A DNA stretch of 64,000 nt. It comes from Tubiluchus corallicola. Taxonomy: Eukaryota; Animalia; Priapulida. A model generated the notes under the pieces. That model saw nothing but the letters and a program-made list of their open reading frames with translations, made no database searches and had not been told where the DNA came from. Position numbers and translations under genes: made by a program. The stretch lies in contig JAQGDQ010002408.1 of the NCBI GenBank assembly GCA_030141605.1, positions 1 through 64,000 on the forward strand. The letters are read 5' to 3'. Below are positions 32,402-43,481 of this stretch, piece after piece. Position 1 is the first letter of the stretch. Each line of letters starts with the position of its first letter.

Positions 32402-34633
32402 GTGAAAAGGAGCTTATTACTTGTAGGATTACTGTTGTTGTCAGCTATTGTTTTTTCGCAAATAGGAGTGAAGGAATGGCGAAATCATTTTAATTATGAT
32501 GAGGGGAAGCAAATAGAAGTGGGCAGAAATAAAATATATTATTTGGCAGAAGGAGGTTTGCTGTACTACAATGTTGTTGATAATACTATTAATACTCTAT
32601 CAAAAGTAGAGGGTTTAACAGAGCATAAAATAGAGGTGGTAAAATACATTGCCTCTTCGGATGTTTTGATAGTAGTGTATGAGAATGGTAATATAGATGT
32701 TGTTACAGATAAAACAATAGATAATATTCCTGATATTGTATTAAGTAATATAAAAGAAGTAAAACCTCAAACGGTTGTATATATAGAAGGAGTGGTATAT
32801 GTGGCTTTTAATTTTGGAATAGTTTTGTTAGATTTGGAAAGGAGCGAGGTAAAGGATACCTATTATTTTACCCAAGAAGACAATGCTCTACAACTATTTG
32901 ATATTGCTTATTGCTCTGTTGATAAAAATATTTATGCAGCTACCAGCGAAGGTATTTATGTGGGTAGTATAAACAATTCTAATTTGGCTGATTTCAACGA
33001 GTGGAAAAAAGATATTGCAATACCAAATCCCAATGATACTTTTAATATAGTTACCTGTTTTAATAATAAAGTGTACGCTAATGGAGTAGTAGGTGATAAG
33101 GATACTGTTTATATTTATCAAAACAACACTTGGACTACTTCAACTACTATATATAATAGTGTAAAAGCCATAGAAACGGGTGTGGAAAATCTTATTGTTT
33201 GTGCGGATGATATAGTGTTGCTGATAGATGCTAATGATAGGGTTATCTATAAGAGTACCTACGAGGGAGTACCTGTCGATGCCAAGCAGAATGATACTGA
33301 GTTTGTTTGGATTGCTGATAGTGTGCAGGGATTGATAAAGCTATCAGTGCTTGATAATACGCCCCAATTTGTACAGCCCAATGCACCTGCTCGGCATAGT
33401 ACTGCAAATTTGAAATATTATGATGATAGGATATATGTAATATCGAATAATAACAATATATTTTCGATTTTTGAAAACGAACAATGGACTGATTACCAAT
33501 ATCCAGAAATAAGTAATATAGTAGATATTTTGCCCCAAAACGATGATTTATATATTTCAGCCAAAACCAGTATTTTAGAGTTGCAAAATAACCAGACAAA
33601 AACAAGGTGGGATGAAACTAATACCCCCTTAGAGCCATCTATCAATGGAATGTTGCAGGTAGGTAGTATGACCTATGATACGGACGGCAATTTGTGGGTA
33701 ACAAACTCTAATAGTGCAACTCCTATAGGAATAAAAACTCCGAACAAGCAATGGTATGCCTATAATTATAATATTTTGAACAATAATGATAGTTTTGGGA
33801 GAATGATAAATACTGCCAATGACGATAAATGGATAGTATTAAATGATGGGGACGAATTATTTATATTTAATGATAGGGCTACCTTGCAAACAGAATCGGA
33901 TGATGAATATATTAGGACTAAAGTAAGAGGAGAGGGGGGAGGTGTTTTGACTAACAAGGTCTACTCTTTGCAACAGGACAAAAAGGGTATTTTATGGCTT
34001 GGTACAGAAAATGGAGTGCTAACCTATTTTCACCCCTATGAGATGTTAGCCTTAGGAGGCACTTATGCAGAAAAGGTATCTGTGTCAAATGATGATGGAA
34101 CATTTGGCTATCTTTTGGAAATGGAGATAGTAAGCTCCATAGCTATAGATGGTGCTGATAGAAAGTGTTTTGGCACGAGAAATTCAGGCGTATACCTTAT
34201 GTCAGGTGATGGAAAAAAACAGTTAGAACACTTTAATATACAAAATAGCCCATTGCCCTCTAATGATATTAAAGATATTGCTATAGATTCTAATACTGGG
34301 GAAATATTCATAGCCACAGCATATGGTATAACCTCATACAGAGGAGAAGCCATTGAGCCGAAATCTAGTTATAACGATATATTTGCTTTTCCTAACCCCG
34401 TAAGGGAAAACTATGAAGGGCTAATAACTATAACTGGCTTGAAGGAAAACACCAATGTGAAAATTACAAATATTAATGGCAACCTTGTTTATGAGACTGT
34501 TTCGCTTGGTGGACAGGCTACGTGGAATGGGTGCAAGCAAAGTGGACAAAGGATAACTTCTGGAATATACCTTATCTATGTGGTAGACCACGATGGACAA
34601 GAAAAAGCTGTAACTAAAATACTTTTCTTATAA
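32402..34633 (+). CDS. porZ: PorZ-like T9SS beta-propeller protein with a C-terminal sorting domain
   Basis: GTG start with signal peptide, IGVKEWRNHF.Y, IAIDGADRKCFGT..SGVY, NSPLPSN.I, FPNPVR...GGQATWNG.....SGIY. Confidence 0.75.
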   Translation: MKRSLLLVGLLLLSAIVFSQIGVKEWRNHFNYDEGKQIEVGRNKIYYLAEGGLLYYNVVDNTINTLSKVEGLTEHKIEVVKYIASSDVLIVVYENGNIDVVTDKTIDNIPDIVLSNIKEVKPQTVVYIEGVVYVAFNFGIVLLDLERSEVKDTYYFTQEDNALQLFDIAYCSVDKNIYAATSEGIYVGSINNSNLADFNEWKKDIAIPNPNDTFNIVTCFNNKVYANGVVGDKDTVYIYQNNTWTTSTTIYNSVKAIETGVENLIVCADDIVLLIDANDRVIYKSTYEGVPVDAKQNDTEFVWIADSVQGLIKLSVLDNTPQFVQPNAPARHSTANLKYYDDRIYVISNNNNIFSIFENEQWTDYQYPEISNIVDILPQNDDLYISAKTSILELQNNQTKTRWDETNTPLEPSINGMLQVGSMTYDTDGNLWVTNSNSATPIGIKTPNKQWYAYNYNILNNNDSFGRMINTANDDKWIVLNDGDELFIFNDRATLQTESDDEYIRTKVRGEGGGVLTNKVYSLQQDKKGILWLGTENGVLTYFHPYEMLALGGTYAEKVSVSNDDGTFGYLLEMEIVSSIAIDGADRKCFGTRNSGVYLMSGDGKKQLEHFNIQNSPLPSNDIKDIAIDSNTGEIFIATAYGITSYRGEAIEPKSSYNDIFAFPNPVRENYEGLITITGLKENTNVKITNINGNLVYETVSLGGQATWNGCKQSGQRITSGIYLIYVVDHDGQEKAVTKILFL

Positions 34634-34671
34634 TCAAGGAGAGGGGAAGGATTATATACACAAATATCCAG

Positions 34672-34699
34672 TATAAGCCAAGACTATGCTTGGCTTATA
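34672..34699. terminator. Perfect 11-bp hairpin between convergent porZ and uxuA
   Basis: TATAAGCCAAG-actatg-CTTGGCTTATA. Confidence 0.65.
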
Positions 34700-34735
34700 T
34701 CAGAGGTAAAATGCTTATTTAAGAAATAACTTATC

Positions 34736-35932
34736 TTATTTCTTAAAAATGCTTTTGTATATTCCCATTTCCAAACCTCTTATTTCTGCTAAGCCTCGCA
34801 TTCTGCCTATGGCAGTATAGCCCGGGTTGGTTTTTTTTGAGTTGTTGAGGTCGTCTAACATCTGATGTCCGTGGTCGGGACGAATATATATTGCTTCGTT
34901 CTTCACTCCTTTTTCGGCTCGTTTTTTATTTTCTTTCAATAGTGCTAAAACTACTTCATACATATTAGCACCGCCTTCTAAGTGATTGGCTTCATAGAAA
35001 TTGCCTTCTGCGTCTATTTCTACACTTCTTAAGTGTGCAAAGTATATGCGGTCGGCAAATTGTTCTGTGATTAATGAAAGGTTGTTATCTATTCTCGAAC
35101 CAAAAGAACCTGCACACATTGTTAAGCCATTGTTTTTACTTTTGTTTAAGGCATATAGTCGTTTTATATGTTCAGGGGTGCTTATTATCCTTGGTAAGCC
35201 AAATATAGGAATAGGTGGGTCGTCGGCGTGTATTGCCATATTGATATTAGTTTTTTCTGCTACTGGAATAATCTCGTCTAAGAAATATTTTAAGTTGTTT
35301 GCTAGTTCTTTGTCTCCTATGCCTTTGTAAGTATCTAAGGTTTTTTGAAATTCCTCTAAGGTATAGGTTTCCTCTGCTCCGGGCAGTCCTGCTATGATTG
35401 TTTTTTGTAGTTTTTCTTTGCCTACTTCCGAAAGAGCTTCAAAGTAAGTTTTGGCTTCTTTAAGTATTTTTTCGGTGTAGTCTTTTGCTGCATTGGGGCG
35501 TTTCAAAATGAATACATCAAAAGCTGCAAGAGCTTTCATTTCAAAACTTAGAGCCTTTGAACCATCTTCAAGTTCATACTCCAAGTCAGTACGTGTCCAA
35601 TCCAATACGGGCATAAAGTTGTAACAGATGACTCTTATACCCAACTTGCCTAAATTGTCAATACTTTTCTTATAATTTTCAATGTAAGTTTTATAGTTCC
35701 CCGTTTGCTTTTTTATATCCTCGTGAACAGGAACACTTTCTACTACTTCCCATTTCAAGCCTGTTTGTTCTATTTGTTCTTTTCGTTTTTGTATCTCTTC
35801 TACTGTCCAAACTTCTCCATTGGGTATATGATGCAAAGCAGTAACTATTACAGTAGCACCTGTTTGTTTTATATCTTGTAGTGTTATAGGATCGTTGGGT
35901 CCATACCAGCGCCACGATTGTTTTAAATTCAT
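34736..35932 (-). CDS. uxuA: Mannonate dehydratase
   Basis: [51 protein letters not shown]. Confidence 0.97.
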   Translation of the reverse strand: MNLKQSWRWYGPNDPITLQDIKQTGATVIVTALHHIPNGEVWTVEEIQKRKEQIEQTGLKWEVVESVPVHEDIKKQTGNYKTYIENYKKSIDNLGKLGIRVICYNFMPVLDWTRTDLEYELEDGSKALSFEMKALAAFDVFILKRPNAAKDYTEKILKEAKTYFEALSEVGKEKLQKTIIAGLPGAEETYTLEEFQKTLDTYKGIGDKELANNLKYFLDEIIPVAEKTNINMAIHADDPPIPIFGLPRIISTPEHIKRLYALNKSKNNGLTMCAGSFGSRIDNNLSLITEQFADRIYFAHLRSVEIDAEGNFYEANHLEGGANMYEVVLALLKENKKRAEKGVKNEAIYIRPDHGHQMLDDLNNSKKTNPGYTAIGRMRGLAEIRGLEMGIYKSIFKK

Positions 35933-35964
35933 TGGTTATATATATTATGTTTTGAATATGTAAT

Positions 35965-36783
35965 TTACACTCCGCTATATGCGTTGAAACCTCCATCTAT
36001 GGGGATGATAACACCCGTTACAAATTGTGAGGCTTTACTCATTAGCCAATGGATGGTGCCGTTGAGCTCCTCTGCCTCTCCAAAACGTTTCATAGGAGTT
36101 TTGTTGATAATTTTATTTCCTCGTTCTGTATAACTGCCATCAGGGTTGGTAAGTAAAGTACGGTTTTGATTGCCTATGAAGAACCCCGGAGCAATGGCAT
36201 TTACTCTAAGACTTTCGCCAAACTTCAAGGCTAATTCAGTAGCTAACCATTGGGTGAAATTAGAAATAGCAGCTTTGGAGGCAGAATATCCTACTACACG
36301 TGTAATGGCTTGGTAAGCAGTCATTGAGGAAATATTGATAATATTACCTTCCTTTTGTTTTGCCATTGTTTCGCCAAAGACAATAGAAGGCAATACTGTA
36401 CCTTCTAAATTAAGTTGAGAAACTTTGTGAAAGTCTTCTATTTTTAGGTCAAAAATAGTTTGGTCTTCTCCTATCGTGGCACCGGGCATATTGCCTCCCG
36501 CAGCATTGATGAGAAGGTCTATCCGTCCCCATTTTTTTAATATTTTCTCCCTTACTTCCTCCAATTGCTTTTTGTCCAATACACTGGTTTCAAAACCTAT
36601 AATACTGTGCTTATATTCGTTTAATTCTTTTTGTTGTAATTTAATAGCATCAGTGTTAAGGTCTAAAAGTGCTACTCTTACATTGTGTTTTAATAAATAT
36701 TTTGCCATCGTGCCTGCCAGTACTCCTCCACCTCCTGTAAGTATAGCTACTTTTCCTGCGATGTTGAACAAATCGTTTTTCAT
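35965..36783 (-). CDS. uxuB: SDR-family D-mannonate oxidoreductase (fructuronate reductase)
   Basis: TGGGGVL, NAAGGNMPGA, YSASK, APGFF..QNR; adjacent to uxuA. Confidence 0.88.
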   Translation of the reverse strand: MKNDLFNIAGKVAILTGGGGVLAGTMAKYLLKHNVRVALLDLNTDAIKLQQKELNEYKHSIIGFETSVLDKKQLEEVREKILKKWGRIDLLINAAGGNMPGATIGEDQTIFDLKIEDFHKVSQLNLEGTVLPSIVFGETMAKQKEGNIINISSMTAYQAITRVVGYSASKAAISNFTQWLATELALKFGESLRVNAIAPGFFIGNQNRTLLTNPDGSYTERGNKIINKTPMKRFGEAEELNGTIHWLMSKASQFVTGVIIPIDGGFNAYSGV

Positions 36784-36805
36784 TTAATGTCCTATGTTTT
36801 AATAA

Positions 36806-39451
36806 TTAATATATTCTTCTTACTTGCACTCCATTTAAAATAGGTTTTCCTTCTAATGTTTCAAATTTAATGGTTATTCCTTCTTCTTTAGTAGCCTTTG
36901 TAATGAATTTTTCTACTATAGCTCTTTCCTCTCCATATTGTTGAGCTATGTTAAGGTTTTCTAATACCAATTCTTCGTTGATATATATATTGAATACTCT
37001 TTTTTCTGCCGTTTCTTTGATACTTTCTTCTCCAAGATTAAATGCTAAGACTTCTCTTTCTTGGTCAGAAAGTAATTCAGCAAAATGTAACTTTATGTCA
37101 TAGCTACCATCTGGCACATCTATTTTATAGGCTTCTATACCTTCCTGCTGGGTTTGGTAGATAGGGTCGTTGTCCGTGCCAAATATTTGCTTATCGCTGC
37201 CATAGCTTTGTCGTTTTGATTTTTGCATTTTGAATGGACTTCCTCCTATGTAGCCGAAGCTCCCTTTTGCATAGGCTTGGTCGGGGAGCCAAGTTTGATT
37301 TGTATACTCATCTGCAAAATATCTTTTAGAGCCTACTGATACATTAAGGTAGTCAAAAGGTAATTCTTTACTTCTAAAATTTTGAGATAGCAGTTTAAAA
37401 TCTATTTCTGCAAAATCTTTAATACTCTTTCCTTTTTCATCCTTGCCTACTATTTCTATTTGATTAGTCCCATTTTTAAATGCTACTTCCCACTGTGCCT
37501 CAAAGTTTTGAATGTCTTTCGAGCCTAAGGACACCCCATTTAGAAAGAGTTCTACTCTTTCTAAGTTTGAGTATACCTCAATGGATTGTACGCATACATT
37601 GTTCTTATTGGCTATCCCACTTCTGTTGTTCCATTGCTTCGAGCCTATTTTTAAGTAGGGTGTTTCTAATAATAAAGCCTGATAATAGTAATAAGCATCC
37701 TTGGGTTGGCGGTCTATGGTTACCAGACCTTTATTATTGATATTAGGCACGGCATCTATACGACTTTCGGAGCTAAAATCGGCAAAGTTCCAAACAGCTC
37801 CGCCCGTTACAAAATCGTTGTTCATTATAGCCTTCATATATTCTTTATGGTAGTAGGTTTCGTATTCTATGGTAAAGTCAAAACGTTCTGGGAGGAATGA
37901 ATGTAGGCGCGGATCGGCACCTGCTCCGTATTCAGTTACGATAAGAGGTTTTTTAGAAAGTTCTTTGTGGTGTTTATCCAAAAAATCTGCAAATCCATTA
38001 ATATTACTACCATACCACCCTTGATACAAGTTCCAGCCTACTATCATTGGTATTTGAGTTAGTTTTGCTCTGTTGTATCTATCAAATGCTCCGTGGTTGG
38101 GTATCATTGTGTAACGATAAGGGTCTTCATTGCGTGTTATGTCTTCTAAACTTTGTGCTAATTTTGTTACACTTTTGTAATAATCATCTTTCTTTTTATC
38201 ATTCTCAAACTTAGGAGGTCTTAATAGTATTTCATTCATATATGCCCAAATGAATATACTGGGATGGTTGTAGTGTTGTTTTATCATTTCTATTTGCATC
38301 TGTTTGCAGTTCTCTGCAAAGGCTTCGGATTGTGTAATGTAGTTGATGATAGGTATTTCTACGGAGGTAATTAAACCTATTTTATCACAAGTTTCTACTA
38401 CTACAGGGTCGTGTGGATAATGGGCTACTCGAAGGTGGTTTGCTCCCATTTCTTTAAGTAGTTTTACATCTTTTATAGCCAATTCTTCTGGTACTGCATT
38501 GCCCATATTCTTATAGTCTTGATGTCTGCTTGCTCCTATCAGTTTATAATGTTTATTGTTGAGAAAAAGGCCTTTCTCTGCATCAAATTCATACCACCTA
38601 AAACCAAGCGGATTGCTTACTTCATCTATTTCTTTCCCATTTTTATATATTTTTGTTTCTACTGTATAAAGATTAGGACTTTCGGGGTACCATAGTTGAG
38701 GGTTTTCAACTGTTAATTGCTGGTTGGTTTCATACACTGTGTTGGGCTTTATTTTTATTTTTGAGGTGGTTTCTTTTGTTATGGTATTATCAGGCGAAAA
38801 GATAGTATTTCTTACCACTATTTCTTGTGCGCTGTTGCTTCTATTGGCTATTCTACTGTTGATTTTAATAGTGGCTTTTGAGCGGCTTACTTTAGGGGTA
38901 GAAATATATACTCCGGTAGAAGCATAGTCCAATAAATCTAAATGTACTTCATCTGTTGCAACAATGTACAGGTTGCGATATATACCTCCAAAAAATGTAA
39001 AGTCAGCAGTCAAAGGTGGTATGTCTTCATTGAACGTATTATCTACTTCTATTTTTATTTCTTCTCCTTTTTCTGTCCATTGTAGGTAATTGGTAATATC
39101 AAAACAAAAACGAGCGTACCCTCCTATGTGTTCGCCTGCTTTTTGGTTGTTTACCCATACCTTTGTTTCTTGGCTTGCTCCATCAAAGTATAGGTATATT
39201 CTTTTGCCTTTCAACGATGGATTAATATATATATTTTTTCTATACGTGCCAATGCCTCTATAATAACCGTTTTCCTCGTCCAGAACATCCAAAGCATTCC
39301 ATGTATGAGGCAGATTGACAATTTCGTTGCCTTTACTTTTTAATTCTCCTTTGGCAAACTCCCAGCCTGTGTTAATGGTGTATTTCAAGCGTTGTGAGTG
39401 TAGTAGAGTTACAATAAAGGCTAATGTTGTCAGCAATAGTGCTTTCTTCAT
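36806..39451 (-). CDS. GH2 beta-glucuronidase-type enzyme with a C-terminal malectin (CBM57-like) domain
   Basis: LPHTWN, GGIYR, RHQD, AHYP, acid/base YMNE, nucleophile TEYG, NNKG (NxKG) motif; malectin LHFAEL...RVFNI. Confidence 0.88.
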   Translation of the reverse strand: MKKALLLTTLAFIVTLLHSQRLKYTINTGWEFAKGELKSKGNEIVNLPHTWNALDVLDEENGYYRGIGTYRKNIYINPSLKGKRIYLYFDGASQETKVWVNNQKAGEHIGGYARFCFDITNYLQWTEKGEEIKIEVDNTFNEDIPPLTADFTFFGGIYRNLYIVATDEVHLDLLDYASTGVYISTPKVSRSKATIKINSRIANRSNSAQEIVVRNTIFSPDNTITKETTSKIKIKPNTVYETNQQLTVENPQLWYPESPNLYTVETKIYKNGKEIDEVSNPLGFRWYEFDAEKGLFLNNKHYKLIGASRHQDYKNMGNAVPEELAIKDVKLLKEMGANHLRVAHYPHDPVVVETCDKIGLITSVEIPIINYITQSEAFAENCKQMQIEMIKQHYNHPSIFIWAYMNEILLRPPKFENDKKKDDYYKSVTKLAQSLEDITRNEDPYRYTMIPNHGAFDRYNRAKLTQIPMIVGWNLYQGWYGSNINGFADFLDKHHKELSKKPLIVTEYGAGADPRLHSFLPERFDFTIEYETYYHKEYMKAIMNNDFVTGGAVWNFADFSSESRIDAVPNINNKGLVTIDRQPKDAYYYYQALLLETPYLKIGSKQWNNRSGIANKNNVCVQSIEVYSNLERVELFLNGVSLGSKDIQNFEAQWEVAFKNGTNQIEIVGKDEKGKSIKDFAEIDFKLLSQNFRSKELPFDYLNVSVGSKRYFADEYTNQTWLPDQAYAKGSFGYIGGSPFKMQKSKRQSYGSDKQIFGTDNDPIYQTQQEGIEAYKIDVPDGSYDIKLHFAELLSDQEREVLAFNLGEESIKETAEKRVFNIYINEELVLENLNIAQQYGEERAIVEKFITKATKEEGITIKFETLEGKPILNGVQVRRIY

Positions 39452-39560
39452 TTTTTAATTATTTATTATTACTTGTTATTATTAATGCTTTTAAGAAGTT
39501 GTATTCTGCATAGATTATAGTAATATCTATTTTTGAATTTTTATCTTTTGTACTTATTTT

Positions 39561-40736
39561 CTAAATATTGTATAGCCATATTAAAGGGTTTCTTATAGGC
39601 AAATTTCTTATGACCTCTTGCACTTGGGGGTTGTGTTCTAAGGCTTTCCATATCTCGTAGTGTTTTTCATTGTTAAAGGCGTTTGCCGCAAAAATAAGAT
39701 AAGGCTGTGCCACAGGCCAGTTTTCCCAATACATCACATCGGGTTTTAATTTCCATTTACTTTTGTCTTCTACAAATGGGGTTAAAAACTCTACTCCTTT
39801 TTTAATGTTTCTTCCATCAGGTAGTGCGTATTGCCATAGGTTATCATCTTCTGTCGATAGTATTTGACAAACAGTTGCCATTGCATCTAAGTTGAATAGT
39901 GAGTAGCCATAAGGCTTGGTTCTTCTCAACTCTCGTGGGAAGCCTCCATCCGTGGCCATTTGGTGTAGAAGAATGTTTTTATATTGTTCCTTACAAAATT
40001 GAAGGGTTTTTTTGTCATCTGCTAACTTAGCATAAGATGCTACTTGCATTACCCAACAAGTTCCGTGATTGTTGTCTCTGTCTCGTTCTTTGATACCATA
40101 TTCGTGGGTCTTTAGCCAGTTTATGAATTGTTGAAACCATTGCTTTACTTCCTCTAAATAGTCTGTATCTAATGCATCCATTTTTTGAAGTATGAAAGCA
40201 CTTTGGGCTACTTCCATTAAGTGTATGGCGTCAATAATACCAAAATTCCTTCCTGTATATTTTCCTATAACTGCCTGTGAGTAAAGCATATGGGGGTTCA
40301 TTTTTGTGTCGGCATTGACAAACCACGCATTCAAGTGCTTTTTAATGTGTTCTATATATGTTTTGTCCTTGTTGATAATATAGGCGGAGGTTAAAGTGCC
40401 AACAACACGATTTAGTCTTATCATTGCTAATCTATGGGCAACAAAATTGTCGGGGTTGGTTAGTCCATCTCTACTTCTGTAGGGACCTGTAGGGTTGTTA
40501 GGGTCTGGCCAAAAATAGTCTGCTTCAGAGTAAAAGTCGTTTTTTCCGCCTGCACTTCTCTCGCAGTATTCTGCGGTAATGGTTATTGGCTCTTGTTGTA
40601 ATGCCCATTTGCTATTTGCTAATATAGATGGCTTCAATACTTCTTGTGCTTTATAAAATATTTCGGTCTGTTTTTTTTCTGTTTTACAGAATTGAAGGAT
40701 AATTAGAAATAGCAATAATATCTTAAATTTCTTCAT
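39561..40736 (-). CDS. Polysaccharide lyase, alginate-lyase fold (PL38-like) lipoprotein, copy B
   Basis: SAGGKNDFYSEADYFWPDP, RDG..NP, MNPH..YSQ, GIID, NNHGT, ELRRTKPYGYSLFNL. Confidence 0.8.
   Translation of the reverse strand: MKKFKILLLFLIILQFCKTEKKQTEIFYKAQEVLKPSILANSKWALQQEPITITAEYCERSAGGKNDFYSEADYFWPDPNNPTGPYRSRDGLTNPDNFVAHRLAMIRLNRVVGTLTSAYIINKDKTYIEHIKKHLNAWFVNADTKMNPHMLYSQAVIGKYTGRNFGIIDAIHLMEVAQSAFILQKMDALDTDYLEEVKQWFQQFINWLKTHEYGIKERDRDNNHGTCWVMQVASYAKLADDKKTLQFCKEQYKNILLHQMATDGGFPRELRRTKPYGYSLFNLDAMATVCQILSTEDDNLWQYALPDGRNIKKGVEFLTPFVEDKSKWKLKPDVMYWENWPVAQPYLIFAANAFNNEKHYEIWKALEHNPQVQEVIRNLPIRNPLIWLYNI
39571..39887. repeat. 317-bp near-identical block shared with 48226-48542 (3' ends of the two lyases)
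   Basis: Manual alignment gives about 5 mismatches; offset 8655 bp. Confidence 0.9.
40576..40696. repeat. 121-bp identical block shared with 49234-49354 (5' mature ends of the two lyases)
   Basis: No mismatch found by eye. Confidence 0.9.
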
Positions 40737-40888
40737 TTTATTTTAACCGAATTAAGATTGATAATAATTAGTATATAAATTATTTAGAAGATAATTTTCT
40801 TTCCAAAACTTTAAGATCAAAGTCGTTTTTGGACTAAGAATTAAAGTTTTTTCTACTTTTTATTACCTTTTTTATGATTGTCAAGTAA

Positions 40889-43392
40889 TTATTCGATGTT
40901 AATAAATACTGTTTTTAATCCTTCGGACTTTACAGAAACTATACTTTTTCCTTCTTTGTGTTTTAAGCCTATTTTGGCTCGCCCATTGTATAACTGCACT
41001 TTTAATGCTCCTGTTGATGTGCCAAGGTTTCCAAGTAATGTGCCATCTCCAGTTATGTCGAACTCTACAAAGTTTTTAGCATCAAGGCATTGAATATCTT
41101 TATTGTCTTTAGCTATTACTTCTATCCAATATTCGTTTTCTGCTTTGTAATACTTGCTTATTTCTAGTTTGGATGGTTTGTCCCATTTATTTGTTTGATA
41201 ATTTTGTATTATATTATCGGTAGCCACTGGTTTATTTTTTTTGAATCCAATGGTTTTTATTTCATTTTGTCCTTCTTTGAGTTGCACGTTCCACCTTAGT
41301 CCTGCTGCAGGATAGTCTTGTGAGTTTCTTTTTTTCTTACCATAGCTTTTGCCGTTTACTATCAATTCTGCTTCTTCACAGTTTGAATAAACTTTTATTA
41401 ACTTTTTTCGTTTGCTTCTCCCCACCTTGTTTTAAAAGTATGTCCATAAATATGTGCCATTGGTTTTCCTGTCCAGTAGGATTGAAAAACATAGTATGCT
41501 TCTTTTTTGGTAAGGTCTCGTTCAACTACTCCTTTTTGATTTACATATGGCACAGGATTTTCAGGGCGAAGGGGTGTGGAAAAGTCTTTGAAAGGCCAAT
41601 AGGCTGTTCCTGTTAGCCAAGGCATCGTTTCTTGTTCTTTTAAGTGCCAATCTATCAGGTTACAAGCATAAGTTTCTGACCAATCTCCATCTTTTGATGC
41701 TCTTGGGTCTCCTCCAACCAAGGAAGCGTCTCCGTCTCGTTCATCTGCTTCTCCAGTTTTTATATTTTCTAAATTTTTGTCAGGGTTTTCAGAGTGTCTC
41801 CTTGCGTGATTGCTTGCTCCCCATTCTACGTGTAAGAAATGGTTTACCTTTTCTATTTCTTTACGAGATACTTCTTTGTAGTCAGTAAATTTTCCTCTGT
41901 ACCATCCTGCCCATATTGAGGGAGAATATACATCTACGATATCTGCACAGAAAGTGCAACGACGAATAGCCGTTTTTCTGCTATCATCTAAGCTGTGGGA
42001 TAGGTCGTTCAGCTCTTTCATAAAGGTTCGTATTTTTTCTTCATCGAAGTTTTCTTTAGTAAATTCAGGGAAGTCGTTAGGCCAGTCATTTTCATTTCCT
42101 AACCCCCAAATAATTACAGAAGGGTGGTTTTTATGCTGTGTTATCATATTGACAAGCATTCTTTTGGCTTGCTGTTGGTATTTTTCACCTCCCAGTCCTC
42201 CTCTACACCAGGGAATTTCTTCCCATACCAGTATTCCAAGGCTATCGCATAGGTTGAGTATGATTCTTGATTGCTGATAATGACCTAAACGAATAAAGTT
42301 AACTCCCATTTCTTTCATCATTATCATTTCTTCTCGCATCATTTCTTCTGTCATAGCAGCAGCAACACTTGTGTGGTCTTCGTGCCTATGTGTTCCTCTC
42401 AACAATAATCTTTCTCCATTTAATTTAAAAGGTCCTTTTTCTATAAACTCAAAATGTCTTATCCCAAAATTGTCTTTATATTCTTCTATTCCTTTTGGGT
42501 TCTCAATTTTAACAACACACTGGTATAAATTAGGGTTTTCAGGCGACCATAAGTTTGGTTTTTTTATAACAAATGATGTTGAAAATGTGTTGTTCTTAAC
42601 TTGAGAAGAAGGTATGTCTATAGTTTGTATTTTTTTATTATTGGGAGAGTGGATTTCTATTTTAATGTTTTTGGTTGGTACATTTTGCGGATTGTATAAT
42701 GTTCCTTCTATTTTTACTTGACTTTTTTTACTTTGTGCATCAACACTAGGGTTAATGGCTAAGTTTTTTATACTTACTTCATTAACATATACCAAGTTTA
42801 AATAACGGTGTATTCCTCCATATAGGTTAAAGTCGGATAAGTCAGAGGGTATCATTTCTAAGTCGCGGGAGTTATCACAACGAATAATAATGGGTATTTT
42901 CCCTTCATAGTCTTTATCAAATCTTTCGTGTTTTTTAAATTCTTCTACAGCTTCTGTAATATCTATTGTCCATTCGTCATAGCCTCCAATATGTTCTCCT
43001 ACTTTTGTAGTATAGATATATATTTCTGTTTTTTGCCCAGCTCCTTCAAAGTGCAATAGTGTTCTTCCGTTTTTATATGGGTTGTCAATCTGTATAGTTG
43101 TCTTATACCAGCCCGGCCCTTGGTAATAGTTCGTATAAGGGTCTACAGCATCAAAATCGTTGAAACAATGAGGTAGTTTCACATCCTTCCAAAGTGGGAC
43201 TGATTCGGGGGAAGATGATTTTGAGGTATTGGATGTTTTTGGCACTTTGGGTAAACGAACTGCTTCCCAAATACCTCCTAAGTCACTTTTTAAAAATTCC
43301 CAGTCATTCTCTAATCGGGTACTATTGGTCTGTGATTTCCCATTAGATATATATAAAATCATTACAATGAAGAAGAATAACTTAATTCTCAT
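40889..43392 (-). pseudogene. GH2 beta-glucuronidase/galacturonidase-type enzyme, frameshifted into ORFs 41398..43392 and 40889..41425 (834 aa if repaired)
   Basis: LPHCFN, GGIHR, HRHED, GHYQ, LGNE, VEWG, NQKG. Adding one A to the A6 run at 41403-41408 joins ...ANEK to KLIKVYSNCEEAEL..NG (DUF4982-type Ig domain). Confidence 0.8.
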
Positions 43393-43481
43393 CTGTTTAT
43401 ATGTTTGGCATTTAAATTATAAAAAGCTGCTGATAGCTCTACTAAGTAAGCAGGATAGTTTTTTTATCTTTATTTATTAGT

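Noticed and set aside
41401-41410. Programmed -1 frameshift at AAAAAAG in the split GH2
   Set aside because: The zero frame reads GAA AAA AGT, not the canonical A AAA AAG phase, and I see no downstream stimulatory hairpin.
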